A DNA stretch of 64,000 nt, taken from positions 263,128,001-263,192,000 of the forward strand of contig OZ024743.1 in the NCBI GenBank assembly GCA_964016885.1, in the 5' to 3' direction. Positions 12,266 through 26,908 of the stretch are shown piece after piece; the first letter of the stretch is position 1; the number at the start of each line of letters is the position of its first letter. The notes under the pieces were generated by a model that was not told the DNA's origin, did not search any database, and was given only the letters and a program-made list of their open reading frames with translations. Source of the DNA: Eledone cirrhosa. Taxonomy: Eukaryota. A program made the translations under genes and the position numbers.

Positions 12266-15200
12266 AGGTATCCGTTCTTGCTTCTCAGTTAGAGATAACA
12301 GCATAGCACCCACAATTTTTATAAAAATCACCTAGATGGAAAACCTATGTACTGTTCAGTTCCATTGCGTGGCATCTTGGTCAAGTGGCACTTACCACAG
12401 ACTCGGGTCGATCGAAACCCCACGTGTAAAATTAGTAGACAGAAACTGCTAGGAAGTCCGTCGGATGGTCTGTACCTGTAATTCAAAGTGTTACGCTGAA
12501 TTTCCCTTTCAATACGTTAGGGGTACACATATATGCGGAATTCTTAGCCACTTACATGCTAATTTCATAACCAGACTGTTCCATTAATTGAACAATCGGA
12601 ACACTCATAGTCGAAACCGACGGAAGTCCATTTTATTCTGTTTGCACTAACGAAACATTACTACACTACGATGTACGACGCTTTTTTAAAATTATAATTT
12701 CGTTCATAAGCGTAACTGCACATGCATGAGAAGCTGCTGACCTTTGCTGAAGGAAATACTTTTAATTTCTTGTCGGTTAGTGCAACTAACTGTCTGATAA
12801 CTGACATTTCCAAATATTACTGATGCTACCAGAGCTATAGTTATGGGCAGGTTGAAGGACACATTGATTCTAGAAGCAGATAACCAAGTTAGATTTCCGT
12901 CCGTTTGTAGCTGTTAATATATATCGATATAATAATATTGATTTTTAATTCAGGCAAAAGACCAGAAAATTATTGCGGAAGACCGAAATTGATTAAATCA
13001 ACCCTAGTACATGACTGGTACTTTATTTTATCGATCCAGGAAGGATGAAACGCTAAGTTGACTTTGGCTGGATTTGAAATCTGAATGCGAAGAGCCAAGT
13101 TAAATATCATTTTATCCGATACCCTACCAATTCTGCCAACTCACTACCCTTCGAACATTGACCACTGACGTTGGTATAAAGTATCTATTAGAACCAAACA
13201 TATGATTATAACCAACTACCAGTACGAGCCAGTACTTGACTGTTACTTTATCTTATTGACCCCGGAACACAGAAAGCAAAGTCGATTTTATCAGGATTTT
13301 AACTTGGAACAGTTTACGAGAGTCGACGCCGAAAAGGTCATTGGCTGAACATTTCTATGGCTGACGAAGTTACTCAAATGGAATGACTAAATGAGTTTAT
13401 TTTTCAACAGCTCCTGGAAAGAAACAACGCAGTTATTAATAAGAAGAGTTGAAATTAATACCTGCAAGTTTTCATAGGTGTAGCATCACTCCTTCATAGT
13501 CAGCTTATAAACTTTTCAGCCCAACCTCGTATTATAACGAGATCCGTGTATGACTCCGGTACTTAATTAGTACTTTGCTTCATTTTATGAACCCTGAAAT
13601 ATTTACGTAAACGCTTTAACTAAATACCTCTATGTGTTTTGTCTCCCTGCTATCCTGATTCGGCCAACGCTGCTGTTGTAATATTGCAATAGTCATTGCT
13701 GCTACACGGTACCCGTGTCCTTACTAAAGCACTCTCAGCGATCATGGCCACCTAGCTGCAGTGAGTACCACAGCTCTCCAGCTGTAAGGAGTGACACCAC
13801 TGCAATATTGACGAGTGTATTATCGAGTATATCTTATTTTCATACACCTTCAGGTGTACTTTCATTTTTAAGACGATGGAATGTAATTCAAGGGAGTGTT
13901 TGCTACTAGGTTTTGTAGGTTCAGTGACCGTGTAGAGCAGTAATTTCAAAAGTCGTTATTACGATCCCATTAGAGGTGTTAGGAGACTTGAAAGGGGCAT
14001 TCAATGGTAGGGGTGTTAGAAAGGGCCATTTGAAGGCAGGAGGAAAGATGTAGAGAATACAAATGAGCAGCTGCTTGTAAAACTGTCACCTTTAATTATT
14101 TAAAAACTACGTCAATAAAATAAATATATAATAAAATTAAAACTCAATCTATCACTTTTAGGAACGCTACATGTTGGGGGCGGGGGAAAAATACAGTCAC
14201 TAAGATTGGGCGTTAATTTATAACGCTTAGGTTTCCTCGTCGGCTTCACCAGTTGTGTGAAATAAATGTATCTAGAATTCTAGTTTTCGGTAACTTGACA
14301 GTGTTGGTAATAACTAATAAGTTACTCCTTTGCTAATGCAATCGTTATTCTATTTAGCACGAGACCCAAATTTTTAGAGAAAAAGAAGAATGCGATTTTG
14401 TGATGTTCATGTTCTCTTAATAGCGTTGGTGATGTGGAATAGCTTTCAATGAGTCTTCCTATTAAATTTGATTTCCTCTTTTGCCCAACGGAAACGGCTA
14501 GGTGGAAATTGCGGCCAAATCTCCCTTAAATAACACCCCGTTTCTATTTAAAAAAAAATAGAAAACGTTGGATAATGTAGTCCTAAATACATTATGTCAT
14601 AGCTAGAATGGTTTCGCCTATGGGCCAGTTCAATAAGGGTTGAACAGCATAATAACGAGAACGAAGAAATATGACTCTGTGGCGTTTATTCCTTTTCTCA
14701 GCAACTTTAACAAATTTATAAAGAGCAGAGTTGAAACCGTGTCACAGTTTTGAGTTTCATAATCTTATCTTTTATTTTACGTTTTCCTTCCACCACAGAG
14801 AACTTAAGAAATTTCACGGCAACATACAGCACCAAATTGTGTGTTAACATATTCTATAGATATTTTTTTTTACTTAAGTTTCATATAAGTCAGTCTTTTA
14901 AAAGCCTTCACCTTCTCCATTGACGCTTATCAACTTTATGGAATATGATCTGCTTTCGTAATCCTTAATTAAAATGTTTATATTGTATTTTACATTTTAT
15001 TTACATTTTTTTATATTCATTTTCATTTTCTTCTTCTTCAAATTTGCTCTTAGGTCATATATGGACGTCACATCATGTCTTGATAATCAGTAATCCCACT
15101 CCTGTCTTATCAAAAAAAAAATAAATAAGACAAATAAAATGAAAAGAAAAGACACCTTTATTATTAATATTATTATTACTAGCTCCTCTTGTTTCTTCAT

Positions 15201-15845
15201 TCTGTTTGGGCTGTTTAGCAATTCTTTTGATGAAATTGGAAAAAACCCTTTTGCTGCCTTGTATTTCGCCGTCGCGTTTATTGAGTTGGAACTGAATGTC
15301 ACCTATGACGTAAGAAGAAGGTGAAACAACTATACAGATGACTATAGCACGTATTTAGTAGAGTGGTGGCTATTCATTTATTCGTTGGGAATTTATGTCA
15401 CTTCTTTGTAATGTTTTACCACCCCGTAACCCCGCCAACAACAAGAACATCAAGAACAGCAACACAAATAACGACAAAACTAAGTGATTTAAAAACAAAG
15501 ACCCAGATAGAGTTATGAATTCTGGCCGAAAAGTGCAGTCAAGTCTACCATTGTTGTGGCTGAAAGATAAGCGATTGAAGCAACAATAGTGGAATAATGG
15601 GTGGGTTAAGATGGAGATAGTTAAACATATTGTAAACAAGCGAGAAGTAGCAGAACACGATCCCAGTAATCTGATTAGATAACACAGGTCATCGATGAAG
15701 ATAGATGAGTGGTTGAAGAGTATTGGTGGATGGTAGATTTATCACTAGTATACCGTCAAGTTTAACACTATCAACCCCTTGTTTTCTCTCTGTAACTGCT
15801 AATGGAGTTGTAGGGGTACTGTAGTGACGTACGGCACATATAACA

Positions 15846-15878
<33 letters not shown>

Positions 15879-15975
15879 TGTTGAAGAAACTAATCAGGTT
15901 CGACAACAGACCTGGACAAATCGAATGATATTTTGCAATACGTTCGATAGGTTTGAATCATATATATATATATAT

Positions 15976-16190
15976 GGCGTGTGGCTGAGTGGTTAGAGAA
16001 TTGGATTCGCAATCATAAGGTTGTGAGTTCGATTCCTGGACCAGGCGATGCGTTATGTCCTTGGGCAAGACACTTTATTTCACGTTGCTCCTTCTACCTG
16101 GAGTTGCGACCGATAGATAGTATTAGCAATTGGAAAAACCAACGGAAACATTGTTCCCTCGGTCCGATTTGACGAAAGTCGATCGACTCC
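15976..16190 (+). mobile_element. Second tRNA-derived SINE family (related copies ~19700-19950 -, 34350-34590 +, 38724-38910 +, 63690-63840 -)
   Basis: GGCGTGTGGCTGAGTGGTTAG A-box, GAGTTCGATTCC B-box, tgtccttgggcaagacactttatttcacgttgctcc core. Confidence 0.8.
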
Positions 16191-16483
16191 TATATATATA
16201 TATATATATATGTGTGTATATACATATATATTTATGTACACACACACACATATACACATATAGTTATTGCTTCAATGAATGTTATACTCATCATAAACTA
16301 GTGTGACATTTCCGTTCAAAATGACTTTACACATATCTTTGGCGTAATGTACCCTTCAAAAAGATAGCGGAATAGAATGTTTAGAATATATAGTAATGTC
16401 TGGGCAGTCATTCGCCTTTAATTTTCTCCTTCCCTCACTCTGTCTGTATAAAGGTTATATCAGAAAATATCTAAAGGTTATAT

Positions 16484-16648
16484 CAGTCATGGGCAAACTG
16501 CGGCACGCGAGCCACATGCGGCCCGTTGCACTTTAAGAATGACACGCCTAATTTCAAAATTGCCTTGAAGTTGTTAGTAGTGCAGCCTGGCATATGATGG
16601 GCCACATCCTATGTGGCCCATTGCTCGAAAAACTTTGCCCATGCCTGA
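16484..16648. mobile_element. hAT-type MITE
   Basis: TIRs CAGTCATGGGCAAA / TTTGCCCATGCCTG and subterminal gcggccc motifs; no clear TSD. Confidence 0.65.
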
Positions 16649-16868
16649 TTTAAAGAGACAAACATCACAAGTAATTTACAATGATGTTAGAAGTTTACAG
16701 ACAGAAAATAAAAATATATACAATTACGTGAGGAGTATTATTAAAATAAAGTACCAGTAATGCACTGGGATATTTTGCTGGCCTTGTGCCAAAAGTAGAA
16801 ACAATTATATTGGATAGTTATAGATTGTTATAAATAGTTGTAAATAACTGTCATTATTATGTTCGACT

Positions 16869-17055
16869 GGCGGTCGATTGGCAGTATCGGTAGAGGGTCG
16901 GACGCCATGCTTTGACGCAAAGAGTTACGGCCTTTTCCATTATGAGTTCAAATCCCGCAGAGGTTAACTTTTCCTTTCATCCTTACGGAGTCGATAAAAT
17001 AAAGTACCAGTAATGTACTGGGTTATTGCTGGCCTTGTGCCTAACGTAGAAACAA
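16869..17055 (+). mobile_element. tRNA-derived SINE, main family, with TSD
   Basis: Consensus match; TSD attattatgttcgact. A 3' fragment also lies at ~16740-16808. Confidence 0.9.
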
Positions 17056-17290
17056 TTATTATGTTCGACTTGCGATTTTTATCACAATAAGCTGTGTACG
17101 TTTGACTGGTGTTTGTTTAGCTTGCAGTTCTGTGTTCAATAGTATAAGTTTTTCTTTTTCAAAATATAAGATTTATTTCTAAATAAAACCAACAAAATAC
17201 AAATAATAGTAGAACGATATATCAAAATGAGAGAAAATATGAGGAAAAAATAATTATTATAAACAAAGCCTGCTTTGTATCTCCGTATCT

Positions 17291-17324
<34 letters not shown>

Positions 17325-17633
17325 GAGGAAAATATGAGGAAAACATGTATTGTCATAACATTTCTACCTCAATGATGCGGGCCTGGACGGTGTTGGGGAG
17401 CGTTCTTTGGTGCGTGTGACTGTCACTCCTACCAGATTCCCTGTCTTGTACCTATGGAAAATATATTACAATCGCAAATATTTCAGTTAAAGAGAAACTA
17501 AGTATACACACTGATTGTTAAAGAAAAACTGACAAAGATATAATGGGATATAATAGAAGAGATAGAAAGTGAGAGAGAAAGTAAAGACAAAGAAAGATAG
17601 AGGAAAGATGGGTGAGTGGAAGAAGATGACGGT

Positions 17634-18050
17634 AATAATTGTTTCTACTTTTGGCACAAGGCCACAATTACCCAGTGCATTACTGGTACTTTATTTTATC
17701 GACCCCGTAAGGATGAAAGGCAAAGTTAACCTCGGCGAGATTTGAACTCAGAATGGCAAGGGCCGTAACTCTATGCGTCAAAGCATGTCGTCTGACCCTC
17801 TACCGATACTGCCAATCCATGACGGCAATAATAGTTTCTACTTTAGGCACAAGGCCCACAATTCTTTGGAGGAGGGGAAAGCCGATTAAATCGACCCCAG
17901 CCAGTTACTGGTGCTTTATTTATCGACCCTGTAAGGATGAAAGTCAAACTTAACTTCGGCGGGATTTGAACTCAGACTGTAAAGGGCTGCAACTCTATAT
18001 TGCAAATCCTGTTGTCTGATGCTCTACCGATACTGCCAATCCACGGCCCT
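17634..18050 (-). mobile_element. Two tandem SINE copies (17634-17820 and 17827-18050)
   Basis: Both match the consensus in reverse; the target motif atg(a/g)cgg(t/c)aataat occurs three times (before, between, after). Confidence 0.88.
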
Positions 18051-19253
18051 AAATGGCGGTAATAATGACAGAGATTGGCGATAAGACACATTCATTCAGC
18101 ACCGTGATGTTATCGGAGAAGTAAATGACAGCTACATACAAAATAAAGTAGGTAATAGCTACGTACCCCAGAAAGAGGGCCAGGAGGTAAAAGTGTGATA
18201 AAGAATAAGTATGCACCAATGAAAATAGCATCGTATTAAAAATACATGAATTCTTTGGAGAACATAAACACCATACCAGAATTCTCTATAAAATGTTTCC
18301 ACTTCTATAATGAAATTCGGGAAATTTATGTCACCTTCTGATTTAATAGATTTACTTCAAACTATCAGATACTTCTTTTCACTTAACTCAGTTTCTGATT
18401 TTCATTGCTCCCGTTAAACACGTAGGTAACATGTCCACATGTCCAGACTTGACATGTCAGTTTTTACTTAACACTGCCACCTTCCCCTGATCTTTCCCAA
18501 TCACAGTCTTAAGACAACGTTTCTGCTTCTTTATAGGAATTGTCTTGTTACTTATATATAGTATTAACTTCGATTTATTGCATACTATTTCCATCCTGAT
18601 TTATTTATTTATTTATTTATATAGTAAGTTAGTTAGTTATTACATACTATATAATCAAACCAAAACAGCGAATTGTCAGAATCGCTAAAGTATCGGATTA
18701 AAATGCTTTATGGCATTTGTCCCGGTTCTCTGTGCTCTTCATTCGAATCTCGCCAAAGTGATCTTGTCTTTCATTCCTCTGAGGTCGATAAATAAAGTAC
18801 TAGTGCAGAGCGGTAGATTGACGGAATTGTTAGAGCGTTGGACGTGATGCCCTACGGTATCTCTTCCACTGGTTTGAGTTTTGAGCTCGCTTGCGACGAC
18901 CCTGCTACCAAGCTGTATCGGCTTTTGCCGTTTCCTTGGACATCAGGGATATAGAGAAGTGAGATTTGTATGCAACGGCGACAGCTGGTCTTCCACAAAA
19001 TACGTTACCCAGGCTTCTGCCTTGGAAAGGAACTTTCCATTCAATTGTACCATCCTCGCCACTTCATCATAAACTCTGTTTGCCATTCCCATCTACCGTT
19101 AACTACACCATCCCCGCCGTTACTATATTAACCTTGTTTCTTTCTAATTTCACTTCAAAAGCTCTTTCCCTTTCGTTTCTAAGAAGGAAGTGTGAAAGTG
19201 TAAGGAAACAATAGGTGCACAATTGTGGTTGCATAAAGTGGTACCTCTTGAAC

Positions 19254-19317
<64 letters not shown>

Positions 19318-20739
19318 CAAGACTTGATGGTTTATAACTGCGATTTTAAATGAGAAAATCATTACCACATCGATCAAAGACTGGAACAATTCAAGTAAGA
19401 AACTGGAGTAATCATGTTCTAGGTTACATTTTTATAATTGTTTATGTGGCGGTGGTGAAGGGCATTGGCAGAATTGTTAGAACACCGGACAAAAAAACTT
19501 TTCTTCCGACTCTTCACGGTCTATGTCCAAGTCTCACCGAGGACAACTTTGCCTTTCATTTTTTCGGGGTCAATAAGATAAAGTACTGGAGTATAATCAA
19601 TTTCTTTCCACTCCAAAATTGCCTAAATTAGAGACCATAATGTACTTAATGAATTATATTAGTTTTTATTTAAAAAAATATAAATTCTGTCCTAAGCCCG
19701 GAGGTTCATCAAGCTTATCCCAGTCTCCTTGACATTAAGCGACTGAGAATGCAAGGCTTTCTACTAGATAGGACGCCTATCCATCACAGGGCTGACCCCC
19801 CCCCCCCCAGTTGCTAATACTCATTTTCAGCCGAGTATACTGGAGCAACGTGAATTTTTTGGCTCCAGAAGCACAACACACAAGCTGATCCACGAAGCGA
19901 ATCCACGACATTACGATCATAGGTTCAACATACAAACCACGAAGCAGCACGCTTTCAATTTTTTATATTTACTTATTTATTAAATTATTTGCACAAAAAT
20001 TCAATGAAATGCTTTCGTTTTGTCGTCATTTATCGAAATATTCTTACTAACGGATTTTTGTTGTATTTGTCAATTTTGTCCAATGCTATTGACAGATATA
20101 CGCAAGCTGTCACTTCAGTTGTCGTCAGTGCCCCATGATTCGGAAAAGATTTAGGCTGCACACTGTATCATACCAGCTCATTGCATTCTTACAGATCAAC
20201 TATCGATTAAATAGACCCAGTACTTTATTTTATTAATACTGGAAAGGATTGGAACTGAAAACATAAAAATAATTAGAACAAATAGTTTGGGATTCTTTGC
20301 TGTACCTTGGTTTAGTGCCTTCCCCCATAACCCCATGAATGAAATTTTGTAAACAGAAACTGTACGGAAACCTGACAGAGGGATTGTTTCTGTTATTGGT
20401 TGGGAAATTTAATATGTTGCTCGGTTTAGTGCTACAAACTGGTGGTCCTTAGCTGTCTTTAGTAATGTTCATTCATTCTTTTGCAAACATTAAGATAACT
20501 TCACCTTTTCCTCTCACCGGACTTTAGAAATATTGAATGGGTCATAGGTGCTGCCCTTCTCCCTCTTCTGACTAAGAAGTTAAAATAATATGGAATAAAA
20601 TAAAATAAAATAAAACAGCACTTCTTGCACTTCTTTTACTCGCAAAGGGTTTGAGCTCAGTCCAGGGAGGTTATCTAAAACATTCGGTTATCATATCAAA
20701 CTCCTGCTACTCTTATTTCGGCTCAACAAAAAGCAATAA

Positions 20740-22900
20740 TACAGCACAACACAGTCCTAACACAGCACAGCATAGCAAAACACACCACACCACCAATACA
20801 GCGTAGTGCAACCCACCACTACACCAATACAACATCAACACAACACCAGCACAGAACAGTACAACACGCCACAACAATAATACAACACCAACGTAACACA
20901 ACACTAACAACACTAGCACAGCATAATACATCACAACACTAACACAACACCAACACGCCACAACACCAGACCTATCAACTCTTTCCGTCCTATGGGGTTT
21001 TCTCTAACCCACTTTGGGGTGGGTTAGAGATGTCTTCTCTTGTGAAAATGTGTATAGCTTTCATTATGTAAAATCTGCAGGGGCGGTGAATTGGCAGTAT
21101 CGGTAGAGGGTCGGACGCCATGCTGTCCAGCATAGTTACGTCCCTTTACGGGGTCGATAAAATAAAGTACCAGTAATGCACTGGGTAATTGCTGGCCTTG
21201 CGCCTAAAGTAGAAACAATTATGTAATATCTCCCCATTTTGCCTCATTTCTCCACGTTTTTCATGGTACTTCTCGTTTGGGTTTATAGAGGTTGGCAGGT
21301 GTGACAACATTGACACAACACCAATACAGAACAGTACAGCACACCACAACACTAACACAACACAAATGCAGCACAGCACAACACACTAAAACACTAACAA
21401 AAGGCAGCACAACACAGCACAACACCAAAACAGCACAACACACCTTAAAACACCACAACACAACACAACATCAACACACTACAACACCAACTCACCACAA
21501 CAGCAACACACCACACCACAACACATCACGCACACCATACCACACCACAACACACCACACCACAAACACACCACGACACACCACACCACACCACAACACA
21601 AACACACCACAACACACCACAACACCAACGCAGCACATCACAACACACCACAACACGCACACAGCACAGCACACCACAACAACAACACACCACAACACCA
21701 ACACACCACAACACATCACAACACAGCACAAATCCAACACACCACAACACTAACACACTATAACACCAAAACGCTACAACGCCAGCACACCACATCACAA
21801 CACACCTCAACACCAACACAACATCAACACACTACAACACCAACACGCCACAACACCAACACACCATACACATCACAACACCAACACACCACAACACCAA
21901 CACACCACAACACCAACACACCACAGCACCAACACATCACAACACCAACACATCACAACACCAACACAACACCAACACGCTACAACACCAGCACACCACA
22001 ACACCACCACAGCATTACACCATCACAGCACAACACAGCACAACACACCACAACATAACACAGCACAGCAGCAGACCAGCACAACACACCACTACACCAT
22101 CACATCACAACACACCATAACACTATCACATCACAACACACCACAACACCATCACATCACAACACAGCACAACACACCACAGCACAACACACCACAACAC
22201 AACACAGCATAACACCATCACACCACAACACAACACAACATACCATTACAACACAACACACCACAGCACACCACACCACAACAGAACACAGCACAACACC
22301 ATCACAACACAACACACACACCACATACAGTGCAACACACTACAATACCAGCACAGCATATCACATACAACACACCACAACACCACGCAACACGCCACAG
22401 CACCAGTAAAACACCAAAACACCACAACACCATCATAATACAGCACATCACAACACAACACACCACAACACCAGCAAAACACCAACACAACACCAACACA
22501 GCATAACGCACCAGAACACCAGCACAGCATAACATAACGCACCACAACACACCACACACACCACAATACAGAGCAACACACCGCAACACCAGGAAAACAC
22601 AAACACACCACAACATACCATCACTATACAGCATATCACAACACAACACAACACCAACACAGCACAACACCACAACACAGTGCAGCACACCATAACACAC
22701 CACAACATAATACAATGCACCCCAACACCAACACACTACGACACCACAACACACACACCTCAACACACCACAACATAATACAACGCACCCCAACACCAAC
22801 ACACTACGACACCACACCACACACACCTCAACACACCACAACATAATACAACGCACCCCAACACCAACACACTACGACACCACAACACACACACCACAAT
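20740..22900. repeat. Degenerate C/A-rich (CACAA/CACCA-type) low-complexity satellite, interrupted at ~20970-21300 by a SINE-containing block
   Basis: Plus strand almost entirely C and A; a ~67-nt unit is repeated about three times at ~22700-22895. Confidence 0.9.
21081..21221 (+). mobile_element. SINE, main family, with internal deletion removing the B-box
   Basis: ccctttacg joined directly to gggtcgataaaataaag. Confidence 0.85.
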
Positions 22901-23202
22901 GTAACCATCTCAACTGGTATACGATCCGCTCAACCACCGATTCACCTGGCATCCTCTTATTTATGTTTACTGGAATGGACCTCCGTCGGTTTCGGCAATG
23001 AGTGTTCCAGTTGTACGATCAGCGGAACAGTATGCTTTTGAAATTAATCTGCAAGTGGCTGAGTATTCCACAGACACGTGTACCCTTAATATAAGTTCTT
23101 AGGGATATTCAGTGTGACACGGTGTGTGACAGGCTTTCGAGTAGTTTCCTTTTACCCAATTTCATTAACAAAACGTGGGGTCAAGGTGAGGCTATGGTAA
23201 AT

Positions 23203-23391
23203 AACTGTTTCTACTTTAGGCACAAGGCCAGCAATTACCCAGTGCATTACTGGTACTTTATATTATCGACCCCGTAAGGATGAAAGGCAAAGTGAACCTC
23301 GGCGGGATTTGAACTCAGATCGTAAAGGGACGTAACTATGCTGGAAGGCATGGCGGCCGACCGTCTACTGATACTGCCAATCCACCGCCCT
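23203..23391 (-). mobile_element. SINE, main family, with 17-bp TSD
   Basis: TSD aggctatggtaaataac; a truncated copy follows at 23511-23620. Confidence 0.9.
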
Positions 23392-23692
23392 TCAGGCTAT
23401 GGTAAATAACACTTTCCCAACATAGAACGGAGTGGGATCAAACCCGAGACTTTATGATTGTGAAGTGAACTCTTAATCGTCCGTTTATGCTACATCCGTT
23501 ATTTTACTACTAATAATTGTTTCTACTTTTGGCACAAGGCCAGCAATTACCTATTACATTACTGGTACTTTATTTTATCGACCCCGTAAGGATGAAAGGC
23601 AAAGTTAACCTCGGCGCGATCACGTGATAGTGTTTACAATTTCATTACGGAATATCTCACCGTTCACGTGGTTAAATCTAAGTCGCGACAGC

Positions 23693-23743
<51 letters not shown>

Positions 23744-23798
23744 ATATATATATATGTATATATATATGTATATATATATATATATATATATGTATATG

Positions 23799-23881
<83 letters not shown>

Positions 23882-23900
23882 GTATATATATCTATATATC

Positions 23901-23937
<37 letters not shown>

Positions 23938-23964
23938 ATATATATATATATGTATATATATATG

Positions 23965-23999
<35 letters not shown>

Positions 24000-24012
24000 G
24001 TATATCTATATA

Positions 24013-24105
<93 letters not shown>

Positions 24106-24106
24106 G

Positions 24107-24189
<83 letters not shown>

Positions 24190-24425
24190 TGGTGTGCGTG
24201 TGTGTGTGTGTGTTTGAATGCGTGTCTATATGTGTGTGTGTGAATATGTGTTTGTGTGTGTCCGTGTGTTTGTGTGTATGTGTGTGTCTGTGCGTCTGTC
24301 TGTGTATGTGTGTGTCTGTGCGTCTGTCTGCGTCTGTCTGTGTATGGGTGTGTCTGTATGTCTGTATGTGCCTGTGTATGTGTGTGCCTGTTTGTGTTTG
24401 TATATATATATGTGTCTGTGTGTGC
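23693..24425. repeat. Compound (TA)n/(TG)n microsatellite
   Basis: Read directly; source of the spurious YI/VC ORFs. Confidence 0.97.
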
Positions 24426-25250
24426 CGTAATCCTAAAAAAGCTGAATTAGAAACAGTATGTAAATATTATTTTCTAGGTGTCAGAGGTCATAGGTGTGCC
24501 TGTCCCTCTTGTCCTGACGTAACGGTTGCCGTTGTCAAAATATTTCAGTGGAGCCGTAAGACTCTAAGCACAGGCCTCCGTCAGATCATCTCACATTACA
24601 CACCCCGATCTTATATAAACCTTACACTTTCCACAAGCACATACATGATTTAGTCTATTTTCCTGGTACGTTCGCTCTCTTCAGGTAAGGTATCTATATG
24701 CATTCATTCATTCAGTGATTTACTCATTCTTCTTTCTTTTTTTCTTTCTTTCTTTCATTCTTTCAATGTTCTTCGTTTGTAGAGTTGGTAAAAATGGTAG
24801 AATGCCAGGCAAATTGATCCTACCCTTAGCTCTATATCCTGACGTTTTAAAGTTCGAACCCCATCTGTGTATCGTTAGGTTAACTTTGCCTTTCATCCTT
24901 ACGGGGTCGATAAAATAAAGTACCAGTAATGCACTGGGTAATTGCCGGCTTTGTGCCAAAAGTAGAAACAATTATTTGTCTTTTCACCCTCCCTTGATCG
25001 ATAGAAATAATCGCTAGTGGTGGTCTGATTTGATTCAGTCGATTACCCTCCAATGACTTCAAATGCAATATATGCAATCAATGTAGTTATTGGTGCTGTT
25101 ATCACTGTTATTATTTTTCTCTGAACCACTATTGTGAATAAATCACTTTCTTTGTATAATGTAAAGGTCTCATGTAGTTATAATAGCTACTAACCCCTAC
25201 ACATTCACCTATATTTCACAATAGCGTCTAAGAAAAAGGACACATTAGAA

Positions 25251-25970
25251 CAGGGGTCGCAAACTGAAGAACTGAAAAGGCCCATTACATCCTGTGGGAG
25301 AGGAATAGTGGGACAAACGTGAGATGAGGGGGAGGGTGTAATTTCCATCAGTTATAATGTTAACCTGAAATATAGCTGATAAGCTGCAAGTTGTTTTCTT
25401 TTCTTCATGAAAATGAATACATATATGATAGTGAGATATGTGAATTAATACAAAATGTAGGGGGACAAATTTTCCCTTTCAAATTTGTCTTAATTCTGTT
25501 TGTACTTTTAGTAAATCCTGTCTTATCCATGTTCACTTTTGATAAATTGTTGTTGTTTTTTCCTTTTACTGTGTTTCATGGATATATTGCAATAAATTGT
25601 ATTATAAATATTGGTTTCTGATTTCGGCACAAGGCCAACAATTTTGTGGGGAGGGGAAAGTTGATTAAATCGACCCCAGTGCGTTACTGGTACTTTATTT
25701 TATCGACCTCAGAAGGTTGAAAGGCAAAGCTAACCTTGGCGGGATTTGAACTCAGAACGTAAAGGATGATACCTCAATACCTCAAAGCATATTGTTCGAC
25801 GCTCTACCGATGCTGCCAATACACCACCTTAATTGTACTATAAATATTAAAACAGGTACAAATTATCAAGTTTTAGGAAAACATTTGTTACGAAAATTGT
25901 TCTACCGTGGGCCATAGAAAAGTAGTCTGCGAGCAACATGCGGCCCGCGGAGTGCGTGTTTGAGACTCTA
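25251..25970. mobile_element. hAT (Charlie-like) non-autonomous element carrying a SINE insertion at ~25607-25829
   Basis: TIRs CAGGGGTCGCAAAC / GTTTGAGACTCTA; 8-bp TSD cattagaa/cattagat; SINE TSD aattgta(t/c)tataaatatt. Confidence 0.75.
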
Positions 25971-26646
25971 CATTAGATAGTATAGTGTGAGCTACACTGT
26001 AAGTAAAGGGCGGGACTATCATACCGGGAATGGGTTTGATTATAGGTTTACTTAATTAAGATTAATCTGGAGTTAAGCAACAACAACAGCAAAAAGTCTC
26101 ATCTGTCTCATTTTTAAGAGTTCAAATCCAACTTAATTGATTTTACTTGTAATCTTTGCAGGAGGTTGATAAAATAAAGTACCATGGTTAATTGAATTGA
26201 ATCGAATGCATTACTGATTTATAATATTGGCAGGATAACTCAAATTTAAGATGTAGGATATAATCAATGAAATCGATCTCACTACTGGAGAAATAGATCG
26301 ATAATATAAAGTATCAGTGAAGTACTGTGACCGATTGAAATAATGTCACTGGCTCTTCAATGAAAGAAAGAAAAAAAAAACACACACACACCGGACAAAC
26401 GCTTTACTGCCGTATAAGAATAGGCAGATAGGTAGATAGGCAGATAGGTAGATGACAAAACTAGGTTCTAAAAGTAAATTAATAGATAATATTAGCCGTA
26501 CTAGTAATTAGATATAGTTTTCATGTAATACAGTGGAATATAAACGAACTATTGAGATTAAAAAAAAAACAAAACAAGAATATAACTATATTTAGACTAT
26601 CTAATGACTATATTTAGATTATACCAACTTGACGTGAATTTTAGAC

Positions 26647-26908
26647 CAGGCATGGGCAACCTTTTTCGAGATATGGCTCATCATCAGGCGGGCTGCAAGC
26701 GCTAATTTACATTCGTGCCCACATAAAAAAAAAGGGCAGTTTCGATTTGTTTCTTCAGAATTCGTATACGTTGTTTTCCTTGATCGTAAAAATGATAGAA
26801 AGATAAATTACGACTGAAAGTTTGGGTAAAAAAATAAGAAAGATTTCACTTAGGTGATTTAGGCGAGCCATTCAGAAAGCTTCACGGACCGCAGGTTGCC
26901 CATGACTG
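26647..26908. mobile_element. hAT MITE
   Basis: TIRs CAGGCATGGGCAACCT / AGGTTGCCCATGACTG; 8-bp TSD ttttagac/ttttaggc. Confidence 0.8.

Noticed and set aside
15878-15965. Additional hammerhead candidates (also ~48725-48760, 50568-50595, 56935, 58773-58810)
   Set aside because: Two or more core positions or stem I are missing, too degenerate to call.
21292-22856. Cys/Val-rich and His/Thr-rich ORFs
   Set aside because: Products of the C/A-rich satellite; no splice or domain evidence.
23624-24653. Long ORFs up to 307 aa rich in YI/VC/HT (also at 28.3, 29.5, 31.1, 40.4, 42.5, 52.1 and 55.7 kb)
   Set aside because: Translations of (TA)n/(TG)n/(CA)n microsatellites, which lack stop codons.
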